Shown piece by piece: positions 31,717-42,303 of a DNA stretch of 64,000 nucleotides. Within the stretch, counting starts at the first letter, position 1, and the number at the start of each line of letters is the position of its first letter. The notes beneath the pieces were generated by a model. The model ran no database searches. It worked only from the letters and a program-made list of their open reading frames with translations, and was not told where the DNA came from. A program made the translations under genes and the position numbers. Origin of the DNA: a virus; IMG/VR virus record IMGVR_UViG_3300035686_000004, positions 1 to 64,000 of that record; one strand, given 5' to 3'.

Positions 31717-34700
31717 AACCGTCACTAATCCCTCATTTCCTAGCATCCGTTCATCCCATCGTGTAGCGGCAATAGAGCATTTAAATTCCGACTGAATCTC
31801 AATGCCAGCAATCCTAAAAACTCGCCTAAGCTGCGAGTTTTTGCCAACGACTATATAGTCGCCCGTTCTGTTGCGTCCGTTAGGCATTATAGGATTGTCT
31901 AATTCAGATATTGATAGCCAGACTTCACTGTTTTTTGTAGCCGTATTAACTGGAAGGTTTGATTGATTGTTAGTGCCATCAATATGATAAACGGAAACTG
32001 TATAGCTGCTGTCAAACCCAATCTCAATTGGCTGTGACAGCTTAATAACTTGTGATCGCATCACTGAATCATAAGGCTCTACTTCAACAACGAATCCTGA
32101 TTTCTCAAGATAAATCTGAGTAATTGTAGAGAGTGCAACAATCAGGCTACCTGGTCTAGCACCTAAGCCTTGCAATCCGGTTGAGAAGTTGATGCCTCTA
32201 TCTTGGAACCTAGAGGATTGCAAAAAAATTTGTCCTATTCTTTCGGCTTGGGCAAAGTTGGTAACCGAGCTAATTGCATCGATTGTAGGTGCCTCGTATA
32301 TAGGCTCTAACCCGTTAAATGCTTCGATAGTTGCAATGGTCACTGTTTTCTCTTTAAACCGTGTATCACTGCCATCTTTGTACCGGACATTAACTTGATT
32401 GTATTCCTTGGGTTGCAGTAGGGTTTCGCTGTAGGATTCCATTACAGCATCATTGAAGGTTGCGATCGGGGGTTCGTACTGTTCAGGGACTAGCGCCAAT
32501 CTTCCGTCAATGATGGAAGGAAACAGTAGAGAGAGGGGCGCTTCTCTTTCAGCCCAATCAACGATATTAGATGTTTCTGCCAGGGTTCCGTCCCAGTAGA
32601 AATTATTGGCTTTGCAGAACCGCTTAGATTTTAAGAAACTCACATAATCAATTACTTGATCGGCGTCCACCAGCTCATGCAGTCCTCCGTCTGGCGATCG
32701 CACTGCATCCGCCAAAACGTCTGGGAAATAGCAGAGAGACTCCTCCACATAGACTAGATAGCGATCGCCCTTCTCCCATTGCATACTTGCAATAGTGCTC
32801 AATGCAGACATGGCGACAGAGGCGATCGCCTCATCAGTTTTCTTGTCAAGATTTCTGATTCTATTGCCCGGCTGTATACCAAGTGCAACAAAATTCTCAG
32901 CGAAGCTTACCAATTGATTGTCTAGAGAAGGGATAGCCGCCTCACCAGCAGCAAGCAACGCCCATCCTATTCTACCCTTACGAAAGAGAGCGCTAGGGGT
33001 TGGAGTTGATTGTAGGCGCTCCGAGGCGATCGCTTTTAACCCCAGTAATGAAAGCTTAGGGTAACGCGATACTTGAGGGTGACCTAAATCAATCGGCAGT
33101 GTAATCTCATTGATGGAGGTGATGCGACCCGGTGCCCCGTTTTGGCTACTAATTTGCTCTTTGTCATCAAAATCTAAATCATCATTGGCGTCATCATCAT
33201 CTGGTGGTTCTGCATACTCAGTTTCAAGGATGATAGAATTTGCTCCAATAGTGATGCCTGACGGCGTGCTCGTGAGCGCACCTCCATCGCCTAATCGGAG
33301 AATAGGCAAATCACCAGACACTCTTTCAAGCGAGCGGAACTCAAATTGATATTTTCCGAACGGTAAATTTTTGATTTTTAAGCCGCGCCGTATTTCCCCC
33401 TGATTTTTGTTCGCAACAAATATTCGGTAGAGGCGGACAAATTCAGTGGAAGTAGTAGGTTTTATATAGATGTCAAAAGCGATCGCGTGCCGTTTTAATT
33501 TTCCGTCTTCATCTCTTCCCCACAAGCTAAAGATGAAGTTGAAATCCACTTGACTGACGTTTTGTGTATTCTCAAACTTTGCTGTATACACAGCGTAAAT
33601 CTCGTCGTTGCCGTTAACAGTTATAGGTACATCAACTGTTAATATGTTTTCGTTCTTATCGACAATGGAGAAGTTTACGCCATTAACTCGATAGCGATCG
33701 CTTGGCGTAAACTTCTCTATGTCATCCTCATTAACACTAAGCGTAGTTGAACCCGTCACAGGTTCAACATTGCCAAACTCATCAAGTTTGACATCAGCTA
33801 GTCGCAAATCATAGACTTGCACGTCAGACGCACTAATGGCACCATCAATGATTTGGCATTGCAGCTTCGCGGGATAGGCAGGCAGTAGCGTAGAGGTAAA
33901 AACGACGTTGCCGTTCTTACGGTACAGCAGTGTACCCGATTGATATTCAACCCGAAAAACATCATTAACTACGTAAGTGGGTGGAGTTGGAGGTGTGCCC
34001 GACGTAAAGACAATAACGTCATTTTCAATAATTACATAATGTCCATTCTCCAGAGTCTGGAAGTAAAACCTGAATGCATTATTAATGGACATTCCGAGCC
34101 GAATAACGCGATCACCTAACAAAACTTGTCCTTGCACCCATCCGTCATCTTGGGTAATCTGTTCTTCACTGGTGAAAGTTGCAATCGTTCCCGCATTTTT
34201 TACAAACCGAGTAGGATTTACTGAGGCGAGATACCCATTACTTACACTTCCATTAACCGAAATGTCATTAATGATTGAATTGATACGCTTAGCTTCTCCA
34301 CGCAAATCTACCCCAAGTGAAGTATTTGTATTAGGGCTGATTGCTTGCGAATAAAACGGGAATTCATTGATTATTGTTTGATCTGCCGTTCCTAGTCGGA
34401 CATATTGCTCGATATCGCCAGCAAAGAAATTATCAAGTGGTTGATCATCTATTAGTAGCTCAGACTCGTCAATTTCTCCGACTCTTCCATAGCCAAATGC
34501 TTGCAATCCGTAGTAGCGCTGTGAACCTTTGAACGTTTCCACCCTGGCATGGATTAAAAACCCACTGGCGCGCACTCCCCCATTTGCATTGATTTCTCTA
34601 TTGCACCAAATCAAGGGAATTGCCCCTGACAATGGCACCAAGTTGACAACAGAATCAAAACCATAGGCTCTTGTGGGTTCCTCTTCTTGCTTTGGTCTAT

Positions 34701-34977
34701 TGAACAAATCGAATAATTTTGAGAATAGAGAAGCACCAATCAAAATACCTGCGATTGTACTTACTCCTAGCGCAGGCGCAAAAAATCCACCTAGTGCCCC
34801 TCCAACAGCTGCAACCGCAACAGGTAGGTTTTGTACTTCACCTGACTCTAGCCGATGATTACGTTCTGTCTTTGATATTTCCTGGATATAGACTATAAGC
34901 GATCGCAGCTCGCCCGGCTCTAACTCAATTCCATGATATGCGCTTAAATGCACAAGAAGCGATCGCTCATCTATCAT
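31711..34977 (-). CDS. tail tip / host-specificity protein (lambda gpI-gpJ-like fusion)
   Basis: 1088 aa. The N-terminal Gly/Ala-rich hydrophobic VAAVGGALGGFFAPALGVSTIAGILIGASLF is gpI-like. It is followed by LSGAIPLIWCNREINANGGVRASGFLI...GYGRVGEIDE.LIDDQPL, which is gpJ-like (ip.vyG..r). Confidence 0.6.
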   Translation of the reverse strand: MIDERSLLVHLSAYHGIELEPGELRSLIVYIQEISKTERNHRLESGEVQNLPVAVAAVGGALGGFFAPALGVSTIAGILIGASLFSKLFDLFNRPKQEEEPTRAYGFDSVVNLVPLSGAIPLIWCNREINANGGVRASGFLIHARVETFKGSQRYYGLQAFGYGRVGEIDESELLIDDQPLDNFFAGDIEQYVRLGTADQTIINEFPFYSQAISPNTNTSLGVDLRGEAKRINSIINDISVNGSVSNGYLASVNPTRFVKNAGTIATFTSEEQITQDDGWVQGQVLLGDRVIRLGMSINNAFRFYFQTLENGHYVIIENDVIVFTSGTPPTPPTYVVNDVFRVEYQSGTLLYRKNGNVVFTSTLLPAYPAKLQCQIIDGAISASDVQVYDLRLADVKLDEFGNVEPVTGSTTLSVNEDDIEKFTPSDRYRVNGVNFSIVDKNENILTVDVPITVNGNDEIYAVYTAKFENTQNVSQVDFNFIFSLWGRDEDGKLKRHAIAFDIYIKPTTSTEFVRLYRIFVANKNQGEIRRGLKIKNLPFGKYQFEFRSLERVSGDLPILRLGDGGALTSTPSGITIGANSIILETEYAEPPDDDDANDDLDFDDKEQISSQNGAPGRITSINEITLPIDLGHPQVSRYPKLSLLGLKAIASERLQSTPTPSALFRKGRIGWALLAAGEAAIPSLDNQLVSFAENFVALGIQPGNRIRNLDKKTDEAIASVAMSALSTIASMQWEKGDRYLVYVEESLCYFPDVLADAVRSPDGGLHELVDADQVIDYVSFLKSKRFCKANNFYWDGTLAETSNIVDWAEREAPLSLLFPSIIDGRLALVPEQYEPPIATFNDAVMESYSETLLQPKEYNQVNVRYKDGSDTRFKEKTVTIATIEAFNGLEPIYEAPTIDAISSVTNFAQAERIGQIFLQSSRFQDRGINFSTGLQGLGARPGSLIVALSTITQIYLEKSGFVVEVEPYDSVMRSQVIKLSQPIEIGFDSSYTVSVYHIDGTNNQSNLPVNTATKNSEVWLSISELDNPIMPNGRNRTGDYIVVGKNSQLRRVFRIAGIEIQSEFKCSIAATRWDERMLGNEGLVTVI

Positions 34978-34994
34978 TTTTTTGTCCTAGCGCT

Positions 34995-35008
34995 GTCTAA
35001 TATTGGAC
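34995..35008. repeat. PAL14 variant GTCTAATATTGGAC
   Basis: 17 nt upstream of the J-like gene start, and 4 nt after the stop of 35013..35297. Confidence 0.8.
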
Positions 35009-35012
35009 TCAA

Positions 35013-35297
35013 CTACATCAGCAGATTATCTTTGCTGTTGATTTTCTTGACGTCTGCCACTATATCACTAACATTTAGTCCATACGCCAATAAAATAATT
35101 AATTCCGCCCCATACAAGCGCCGCTTTCCCGTTGCCAGTGCTTGTATGCGTTGCAAGTCATTGACCTCTAGCCCGTGTTTTTTAAAGATTTGAGCGATCG
35201 CTTTATTGCCCCAACCTCTTCGTGCTCTTAATACTCGAAATTCAGCCGCGATCGCTGCGTTAATTTCCTTTTCACGCTTAGAGATAATGGCTGACAT
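35013..35297 (-). CDS. small HTH-like protein
   Basis: 94-aa ORF upstream of, and co-directional with, the J-like gene. RARRGWGNKAIAQIFKKHGLEVNDLQRIQ looks HTH-like. Confidence 0.45.
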   Translation of the reverse strand: MSAIISKREKEINAAIAAEFRVLRARRGWGNKAIAQIFKKHGLEVNDLQRIQALATGKRRLYGAELIILLAYGLNVSDIVADVKKINSKDNLLM

Positions 35298-35406
35298 AAT
35301 TAACTGATATTGGAGAAGGATATTTTAATAGGATACCAAGGTTTATGATTGTTTTAAATAACTAGCTAAGGTTTTTCAAGACAATTAAAGCCGCAAGATA
35401 TATAGT

Positions 35407-35967
35407 ATGAAGCTATTGCAGGAAAATTTTTACATGACAATCCTGACAGGTCAAATAATATGCAATGACGACGCACTAACCGGAAGGTTGCGGCTAATAG
35501 CTAACGATGCTCAATCAGAACCTATAGAAATTTCTGTCTTTAATGGGTATTTTATCGAGACAGAAATCAAACCAGGAATTTATACCGCCCAATTACTAAG
35601 CGATCGCCCGGTAGGAACAATACCTGAACTTAAGTTCAAGATTCAGGGAGAAAGACTGGAGTGGCGATCGCTTTTTGAGCGAAAAGCACCTAAAAGATTA
35701 CCTGCGATCGCGCAAGTACCGCCTCAAAACCTTCCCCTTGACGCTAACCACGTCGAGCGACTAAAGCAAATTCCACCGCCCGATCCAATCCCTAAAGATC
35801 CATTTCCTAGTTATTGGGCAAAAGAAGAATTTGTAATTATCGAGGAAGATGAGTTTCAGGAATTATTGCGACATGAGGAGGCCATAGACCAACGCCCACC
35901 ACTGGATCGAAAAACAAAGCGCTTGCTAGAAATGGCTAGACGTATCAATAAACCCACTGGTAAATAA
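35407..35967 (+). CDS. hypothetical virion-associated protein
   Basis: 186-aa ORF (alternative ATG at 35434). Its stop overlaps the next start. Confidence 0.6.
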   Translation: MKLLQENFYMTILTGQIICNDDALTGRLRLIANDAQSEPIEISVFNGYFIETEIKPGIYTAQLLSDRPVGTIPELKFKIQGERLEWRSLFERKAPKRLPAIAQVPPQNLPLDANHVERLKQIPPPDPIPKDPFPSYWAKEEFVIIEEDEFQELLRHEEAIDQRPPLDRKTKRLLEMARRINKPTGK

Positions 35968-37079
35968 TGGCAACCCGATCATTACCTTTATGTTTTGAGC
36001 CTGTTTTCAAGCCACACGTTCAAAATTTATGCTTCTACAAAGGGGCTGACTTTACTTTTTCTTTATTGGTCGCAGATTACCCCATTGACTTTCGAGGTGC
36101 AAGCTTTGCAATGGAAGTTCGTCCCCCCAACGGAGATGTGCGACAAATCACAAATGTACTGGGGTCAACTGTTGCTGGCACTTCGATCATCAAGCTTGAA
36201 TTTGAAAAGTTGGATTGCTCCAACGAATGCAAGGCTGATCGAGATATCAAGAAACTAGCATCATTGCCAATTTCTGAAGGAGATTTCATCTCCCTTGAAG
36301 GGTCTGGTATTAATCTGTTCAAGATTCTCAGTGTAACAGCAACTTCAGTATTAGTTGAAGGGCTGGCTACCAGAGATGTCTCTAAGGGAAGGGTGTTTTT
36401 TCGTTACAAAAGCTGGACTAGCTTTACTGTTCTTCCTAGTTTCACGCCTACTTTTATTGCTGTTGAATCTACTGCATTAATAGGTGCTGAGACAATACTA
36501 GTGCAGTCGTTGCCGCGCAAATTCTTGAAGGGAGATACTTTAGTTTTCTCGGATGGAACTAGCGACACGCTAGTAGCTGTCTTGAACGAAGATGCACCCC
36601 TGGCAGCGCGATCGCTTACCGTTCAACCACTAGCGGCAGAAATAGCGGCAAACTCGATTGCTAATATTGATGCGTTCCCTGTCATCCTGACTGATGCCTC
36701 ACTCGCGGGAATGAATCAGTTAGTCGTGCCTGCCACTCCGGCTGCCATTCCCGTAGGCACAACCTTACATTTTAGTCGTCGCACCGATCAGGGCTGGGAA
36801 TATTTGACTGCGGTTGATGTCACTGATACGGCTCCCAAGGGTAGTGTTGAAATTTCAATCACTCCCGTAGATATCGAGGAGTTGCCAATAGGCGCGATCG
36901 CCTTTTTTGGTAGCGTTGCATTCAATACCTTAACGATTGGTATTACAGCTGACGATACCAGGGGCTTGTATCTCAAGGAATATTCCTATGATCTAATCGT
37001 CCGTTTAGCGGATGGAGAGAAGATCCCAATCATGAAAGGGAATATTAACTTTGATGGGTATGTTTCAGACTTCATCTAA
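35967..37079 (+). CDS. hypothetical structural protein (fibre/baseplate module)
   Basis: 370-aa ORF, translationally coupled, with beta-rich composition. Confidence 0.65.
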   Translation: MATRSLPLCFEPVFKPHVQNLCFYKGADFTFSLLVADYPIDFRGASFAMEVRPPNGDVRQITNVLGSTVAGTSIIKLEFEKLDCSNECKADRDIKKLASLPISEGDFISLEGSGINLFKILSVTATSVLVEGLATRDVSKGRVFFRYKSWTSFTVLPSFTPTFIAVESTALIGAETILVQSLPRKFLKGDTLVFSDGTSDTLVAVLNEDAPLAARSLTVQPLAAEIAANSIANIDAFPVILTDASLAGMNQLVVPATPAAIPVGTTLHFSRRTDQGWEYLTAVDVTDTAPKGSVEISITPVDIEELPIGAIAFFGSVAFNTLTIGITADDTRGLYLKEYSYDLIVRLADGEKIPIMKGNINFDGYVSDFI

Positions 37080-37097
37080 TTTACTTAAACTTACTGA

Positions 37098-37111
37098 GTC
37101 TAATATTAGAC
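37098..37111. repeat. PAL14 perfect
   Basis: 9 nt upstream of the ATG at 37121. Confidence 0.95.
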
Positions 37112-37120
37112 TTCTCAAAA

Positions 37121-38848
37121 ATGGTTGATCCAGTTGTTGTAATTGCCTATAACGAGCCTGTCAAGAAAGGGCAGGCGATCGCGCAGGAAAGTATTCCTGT
37201 TGTTTTGCCCCCCGATCAAACTCAGATTCCGGTTTATGATGCCAATAAGCCCATCTCTGAGCTACAGACAGACCAATTCGGTTTTAGCGTCAATCAAGAG
37301 CCTTACTATTATCTGCAAAACGTCCTGAGTACAGGCATTGATCCAAATATCTGGTTCATCGATACTGATACTGGCAAAGGTACAGTAACTTATGTCCCTG
37401 AGATATCGGCAGCGGAATTTCGGCTAAGTCAAAATGACAGCGCTGTTGTTAAGCAGACAAAGTATGCTTATCAATACCAGCCAGGTAAGGAGATAGATAC
37501 CTCCTATGCGATTCAAGTTAATAAGGGCGCGGCTGCAAGTGCCGTCATGTACCAATGGGGGAACTTTACGCGGCGTGATGGATACGGTTGGCGATTATTA
37601 ACTCGCTGGAATGCAGGGCTTGGGCATTGGGAGTCTGATCTTTATATGTTCAGGCGTTCAAGTGCCATTGAAGGGACGGCACTGGAGGGGTTGACAGGGA
37701 CTGTTGTTGGCTCAGTCGATCCAAGTGATGGACAGCATGTAAATGGCGCGGCATTGGGAGATTCATCAATGTTTCGCCCAACCTATCTAGTGGGGGCAAC
37801 AGGGGCTGATACTAAATTAATTGACGTTGACACGTTTGAGGAAATTATTCATTACAGCCAGTTTAATCGGGATAAGCTAACTGGACGGGTTAATGATGGC
37901 AATCCGTCAGGCGTTTCGACCCGTGCGACTTCAGCCCGTTCCCTATCTCTATTACAGCCTGTTTCAGGGTTGAATAACTCGGAAGTCAGTAACATCATTA
38001 TGTTTCTGACTCGTTTTAGCTGGTATGGTGCGTCTGGTGGCTCCGGGCATGTTTACTGCCCTGATCAAAACTCTCCATCACTGGGGTCAACACGATGGGT
38101 GCAAGCCCATGAAATTCGGCATGGAGATACTCTACCTGTCCCTACAATGGAATCGCCCAATCTACCGATCACCTTCCAGGTAGCCCATCGGCGCGATCGC
38201 TTGGCTGAATCAGTGTCTTCAGCTGCATTCATGCGACGTTACGGCGTTAGCTGTTGGATACCAGGAGGCGATCCTGATCCAATGGTTATAGGCAGCTATG
38301 GATCGCCTATTGTTGCCGTTGCCAATGCCGCCTATCAGCCTATCTTGGCGATCGCGGTCAAGTCATTTGTTTTTAATCGCAACCTTCCAGTAAGCACACA
38401 GCGACGCCCACAAAAGTCACGAGTATTCCCCTTGTCTCTGTCTATCGCGGTTAGCGGGGGTATTCCGGTTGAAGTGTACTTACTGAAAAACCCAACGAGC
38501 TTACAAGGGGCTGGATCGCCTAATGTTGCAACTTGGTATGCATTGACAGGGGATGCTGAGCACTTGAAAGTAGTTGCCGCCACTTCTGCGTTTACAGGGA
38601 CTTATGCAGGAGCAGGGGGGAGACCCGCTGACAGTAATGGTGGGAAACTATTCGGCGCTTATTATTGCGCAGGTAATGGATCAGCATTTATTGACCTGCA
38701 ACCTCTATTTAGTCCAAAACGGGAACAACTAGGACGTGCCGAACAAGTTGCCCCAACAGATCCGGGTGATGTCTTGGTGGTTATTGCGCGTACATTAGTT
38801 GCCGGATCTGCTAACGTTTCCTGCTCACTAACGTGGGGTGAACAGTAA
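37121..38848 (+). CDS. large structural protein, paralogue A (putative tail fibre/baseplate)
   Basis: 575 aa with a palindrome 9 nt upstream. Shares TDQFGFS, YQWGNFTRRDGYGW, FNRDKLTG..NPSGV and FSWYGASGG-type landmarks with the next gene. Confidence 0.7.
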   Translation: MVDPVVVIAYNEPVKKGQAIAQESIPVVLPPDQTQIPVYDANKPISELQTDQFGFSVNQEPYYYLQNVLSTGIDPNIWFIDTDTGKGTVTYVPEISAAEFRLSQNDSAVVKQTKYAYQYQPGKEIDTSYAIQVNKGAAASAVMYQWGNFTRRDGYGWRLLTRWNAGLGHWESDLYMFRRSSAIEGTALEGLTGTVVGSVDPSDGQHVNGAALGDSSMFRPTYLVGATGADTKLIDVDTFEEIIHYSQFNRDKLTGRVNDGNPSGVSTRATSARSLSLLQPVSGLNNSEVSNIIMFLTRFSWYGASGGSGHVYCPDQNSPSLGSTRWVQAHEIRHGDTLPVPTMESPNLPITFQVAHRRDRLAESVSSAAFMRRYGVSCWIPGGDPDPMVIGSYGSPIVAVANAAYQPILAIAVKSFVFNRNLPVSTQRRPQKSRVFPLSLSIAVSGGIPVEVYLLKNPTSLQGAGSPNVATWYALTGDAEHLKVVAATSAFTGTYAGAGGRPADSNGGKLFGAYYCAGNGSAFIDLQPLFSPKREQLGRAEQVAPTDPGDVLVVIARTLVAGSANVSCSLTWGEQ

Positions 38849-38895
38849 GTAGCGGACAAAACATTGAAGTGCATGTCGTAGGACAGAGAGTATCG

Positions 38896-38909
38896 GTCTA
38901 ATATTAGAC
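38896..38909. repeat. PAL14 perfect
   Basis: 8 nt upstream of the ATG at 38918. Confidence 0.95.
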
Positions 38910-38917
38910 TAACAAGA

Positions 38918-40534
38918 ATGAGTGAAATAGTAGAAATTCGCAAAGGTTATTTCCCTGCCAACTTAGGCGATCTCCCTGATGAAAGAGGCATTCATTCCTT
39001 AGAGGAAAGTTACCCGGTTACACTAACCGGGGACATCTCAGGAAAAGTTGCCACCAAGGAAATAATTGTTCAGAACAAAGATCTTCTTTTTGATCAATTT
39101 GGAAGCAATAATACCAAGAATCGCAAGCTGCTTTACGCAGACGTCAACCGCTACGGACTAGATTTACAGGACTGGGATGTCTCAAATTCATTAGCAGGGA
39201 CATTAACTGAAAGGGTGCCTGCGATACATCCTGGTATTGCAACAAACATTGAGAATCTAATTGTTTCCTACGAAACAACCCCAGACATCGCTACGGTTTA
39301 CTTTGCTCAATCTGGCATTGAGTTGCTGTTGCCTGCAAACCCAGCAAACTTTTACGGTACGCGCCAATCACTGCTGGCTAGTAAGAGGCGCTTTCGTGTA
39401 CCACCCGGATCGCCTGTAATGTTCACGATGGGCGTTAAGGCAATTGGTCAAGGCGATAGCTTTATCAAGCAGTGGGGGGCATTTAGTAGTAACACAGGTT
39501 ACTACATGGAGTCGATTGGAGACGGTCAAGGCGATAAACTTAGGATTGTGCGGCGGTACGTAGAGGCGGGGGTTGTCAAGAATCAGGTTTTGCCGCGATC
39601 TCAATGGGCTGATCCACTAGACGGAACGGGGGCAAGCAAGGCGTTTGTCAGCTTAACAAATGTCACTATGTGGGGCTTTCAAATCTCTGCAAGTGATGGA
39701 GGGATAGCGGACTTCTACGTTTATTGCGAAGATGCCGCTAATATGGGTATCTTTCGATGGATTAAGTTTGCAACCATCGGATCGGCTGACTCCAGCTTTT
39801 TGCGTGCTGTGATGGAAGAGGGATTGCCCATTACATTTAGCAATATTGGGCTAGTCGCTCCGTCCACTGATCAATTACTCTGCAAATACGGTGTATCTGT
39901 CACATTGAGTGGCGACAGTCAGGATGGCTATTCCCCTCGCGCTAATGGGTCTTTTTCAATATCGGGCGAATTGCGGCGCGATATCGAGAAAACAGCGATC
40001 GCCCTGATTGAAGCAAAAGCATTGATAGGCGATCGTCCAATGTCGTCCATCATTTGCCCAGTTCAACTATCGGCTTACAGTCAATATCCCGTCGAGCTTT
40101 CCCTAGTTCTTAATCCGGACACTGATCCACAACAAAAGTCACTAATTACCTCTAATTACTACTCGGACTATTTCCTGAGTTTGTATAGTTGCAATGCAGA
40201 GATTAGCGGGGGAATTGCTATTGGAAGTTTTAGCGTCGTAGGTCATGCCCTCTACGATTTGCGAAGCGTGTTCAGTCGGGTGCGATCATTTTTAGGTGCT
40301 CAATTTAACAACCCTTTTCAGATTGAAGGATCATCTGATTTTCTAGCCGTATTAGCACAATCACGACTATACCTTGTTTGCCAGCCTTTAGTCCCTGGCT
40401 ACAGCAGCTCAGCAACCCAAGCTGGCTTGGCAACAAACGTAGAAGAAATGATCATTGAGTATGCTAATGGAGCACCCCCGGTCATCATCCCTACGATCAA
40501 CACAATTGTCAGCTTATTCTTTGAGGATTTCTAA
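38918..40534 (+). CDS. large structural protein, paralogue B (putative tail fibre/baseplate)
   Basis: 538 aa with a palindrome 8 nt upstream. FDQFGSN, KQWGAFSSNTGYYM and QWADPLDGTGASKAF..MWGFQIS parallel the upstream paralogue. Confidence 0.7.
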   Translation: MSEIVEIRKGYFPANLGDLPDERGIHSLEESYPVTLTGDISGKVATKEIIVQNKDLLFDQFGSNNTKNRKLLYADVNRYGLDLQDWDVSNSLAGTLTERVPAIHPGIATNIENLIVSYETTPDIATVYFAQSGIELLLPANPANFYGTRQSLLASKRRFRVPPGSPVMFTMGVKAIGQGDSFIKQWGAFSSNTGYYMESIGDGQGDKLRIVRRYVEAGVVKNQVLPRSQWADPLDGTGASKAFVSLTNVTMWGFQISASDGGIADFYVYCEDAANMGIFRWIKFATIGSADSSFLRAVMEEGLPITFSNIGLVAPSTDQLLCKYGVSVTLSGDSQDGYSPRANGSFSISGELRRDIEKTAIALIEAKALIGDRPMSSIICPVQLSAYSQYPVELSLVLNPDTDPQQKSLITSNYYSDYFLSLYSCNAEISGGIAIGSFSVVGHALYDLRSVFSRVRSFLGAQFNNPFQIEGSSDFLAVLAQSRLYLVCQPLVPGYSSSATQAGLATNVEEMIIEYANGAPPVIIPTINTIVSLFFEDF

Positions 40535-42303
40535 TGAGTTTAACCGCAACTAGAACAGGCAACCCAGCCAACACAATTTTCTTGCAAGATGTATCTTCCA
40601 GTTTTGCTGCAAATACTAGGGGGTATTCGACCCTACAGCAGTTAGTCGGCAATGGCTATATTGAGTTTGGTTTTAATCAAAACACGGCAGACGCATTAAG
40701 CGCAGCTGCTGGGTTTACCTATGCCGTCTATCCTCATGCCGTAAAGAATGCAATGTCTGCATTGCATTTGATCGCCTATGGATTTTGCGTAAGAGCACAT
40801 CAGGATACCAACCGTATCTTTGTAAAACTGCCTGCAAATAATGCATTTGTCGATACAACGGTTGATTACACCCCAAGTATCAGGATGCGAATTGAGCGTG
40901 CAGGCGACACCATTAATTTCTATACGATTAGTGGTTCAACGGCAACGCTAAGGCACTCAGCTATTAGTACGACTCCACTACCAACTGTTGCCGATTTCAT
41001 CTTGCTGTCAGGTCGCAACGGCGCGAGAATTACTAATGTGTTGATTTCTGGCGTCACACAAGCCTCTCCTGCATTAGACTTAGCCAAAAATGTCTATATT
41101 CCTGTTCAGGGATACCTAAATTTCAGCAATATTCAGCCACGTCTCGCTGTCGTTATGGCAAACGCAGAGGATTTTACTTGGCATTTTCCAGACGGAACAA
41201 CATCTAAGGATACCAACCCCAGTAAAACTCTTGATTTACGAGATTACACCCGATTAATCAGGCTAGAAGTGCCTGACGGGGTAACAGCAATTCGTGAGTT
41301 AATTTTGCCAATTCTTACACGAACCCCACAGCGTTATACTTCATCGGATTTTTCTCAAATTACAAATTTGAGAAAATTAACGTTCGTTACGGGGGCAATC
41401 TACACCCGTGATGGTAATGGGCAAATTGATGAGCGTCGCCAAATACTACTAACATCTCAATTGCGTTTACCTGTATCAATTCAAAGTCTCAGCTTTGAGG
41501 CATTACAAGAAGAGGTTGCCGCAGGTGGTGATGGGGGATTTGATATGGCACCTCTCCTGTTGCCTACTGATTTTAATTTGTCGGGTTTAACAAACCTAAC
41601 AAATCTTCGCCTAGGATTTGCAGATGACCCACAATCGCTTTATCAAGCAAACTTCAAGGCGATCGGAGGGTTTCCAAATCTTGCTGGCTGTATCAATTTA
41701 GAAAATGTATTGATTACGGCTTGGGGTGATTTGATTTTTTACCCCGAGTATGCTGCCTTCTTGAATTCGTTTAGCGGTAATCGTGTAGCACCATTTAGCT
41801 ATTATGCGAGTTTAGCTAATGCCACAAAGGTGACGATTACTCACGGAATTGGCAATGGTGACTTCGATCCAGAATTTACTACTTCTGTGATCGTTAATAT
41901 GGCAAAAGCCGTTGATACACGCACGGATGCGACGCCATTTACACTTGACTTTACGCGAGTTAATGGTGCTCGTGAAACAGTAAGAGGTACCGTACTATCA
42001 TTAGCCGCTAATGCCTCAGCTGGCGCTAATTCAATTCAAGTCACTGCGGCAACTGGGCTTAATGTGGGCGATCGCTTACTACTACAAGACGGGGCAACCA
42101 ATAGTCTAGGTACGAATTTGGTTATTGCATCAATCGCTGGCACCGCAAGCCCTTTTACTGTAACATTTCAAGCAGGACAAACTTTATCAAATAATTACAC
42201 TACTGCGACAGGGCGAGTTTTTAATCTTGAATCAGGTATTGGCTCTACTCAGAAAATGAGATTACAAGGGCATGTAGTCTTAGTAGAACCTGCTTCGATT
42301 TGA
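40534..42303 (+). CDS. putative tail fibre / receptor-binding protein
   Basis: 589-aa ORF. Its start overlaps the previous stop, it is rich in T/N/G/S, and a palindrome begins at the last base of its stop codon. Confidence 0.65.
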   Translation: MSLTATRTGNPANTIFLQDVSSSFAANTRGYSTLQQLVGNGYIEFGFNQNTADALSAAAGFTYAVYPHAVKNAMSALHLIAYGFCVRAHQDTNRIFVKLPANNAFVDTTVDYTPSIRMRIERAGDTINFYTISGSTATLRHSAISTTPLPTVADFILLSGRNGARITNVLISGVTQASPALDLAKNVYIPVQGYLNFSNIQPRLAVVMANAEDFTWHFPDGTTSKDTNPSKTLDLRDYTRLIRLEVPDGVTAIRELILPILTRTPQRYTSSDFSQITNLRKLTFVTGAIYTRDGNGQIDERRQILLTSQLRLPVSIQSLSFEALQEEVAAGGDGGFDMAPLLLPTDFNLSGLTNLTNLRLGFADDPQSLYQANFKAIGGFPNLAGCINLENVLITAWGDLIFYPEYAAFLNSFSGNRVAPFSYYASLANATKVTITHGIGNGDFDPEFTTSVIVNMAKAVDTRTDATPFTLDFTRVNGARETVRGTVLSLAANASAGANSIQVTAATGLNVGDRLLLQDGATNSLGTNLVIASIAGTASPFTVTFQAGQTLSNNYTTATGRVFNLESGIGSTQKMRLQGHVVLVEPASI

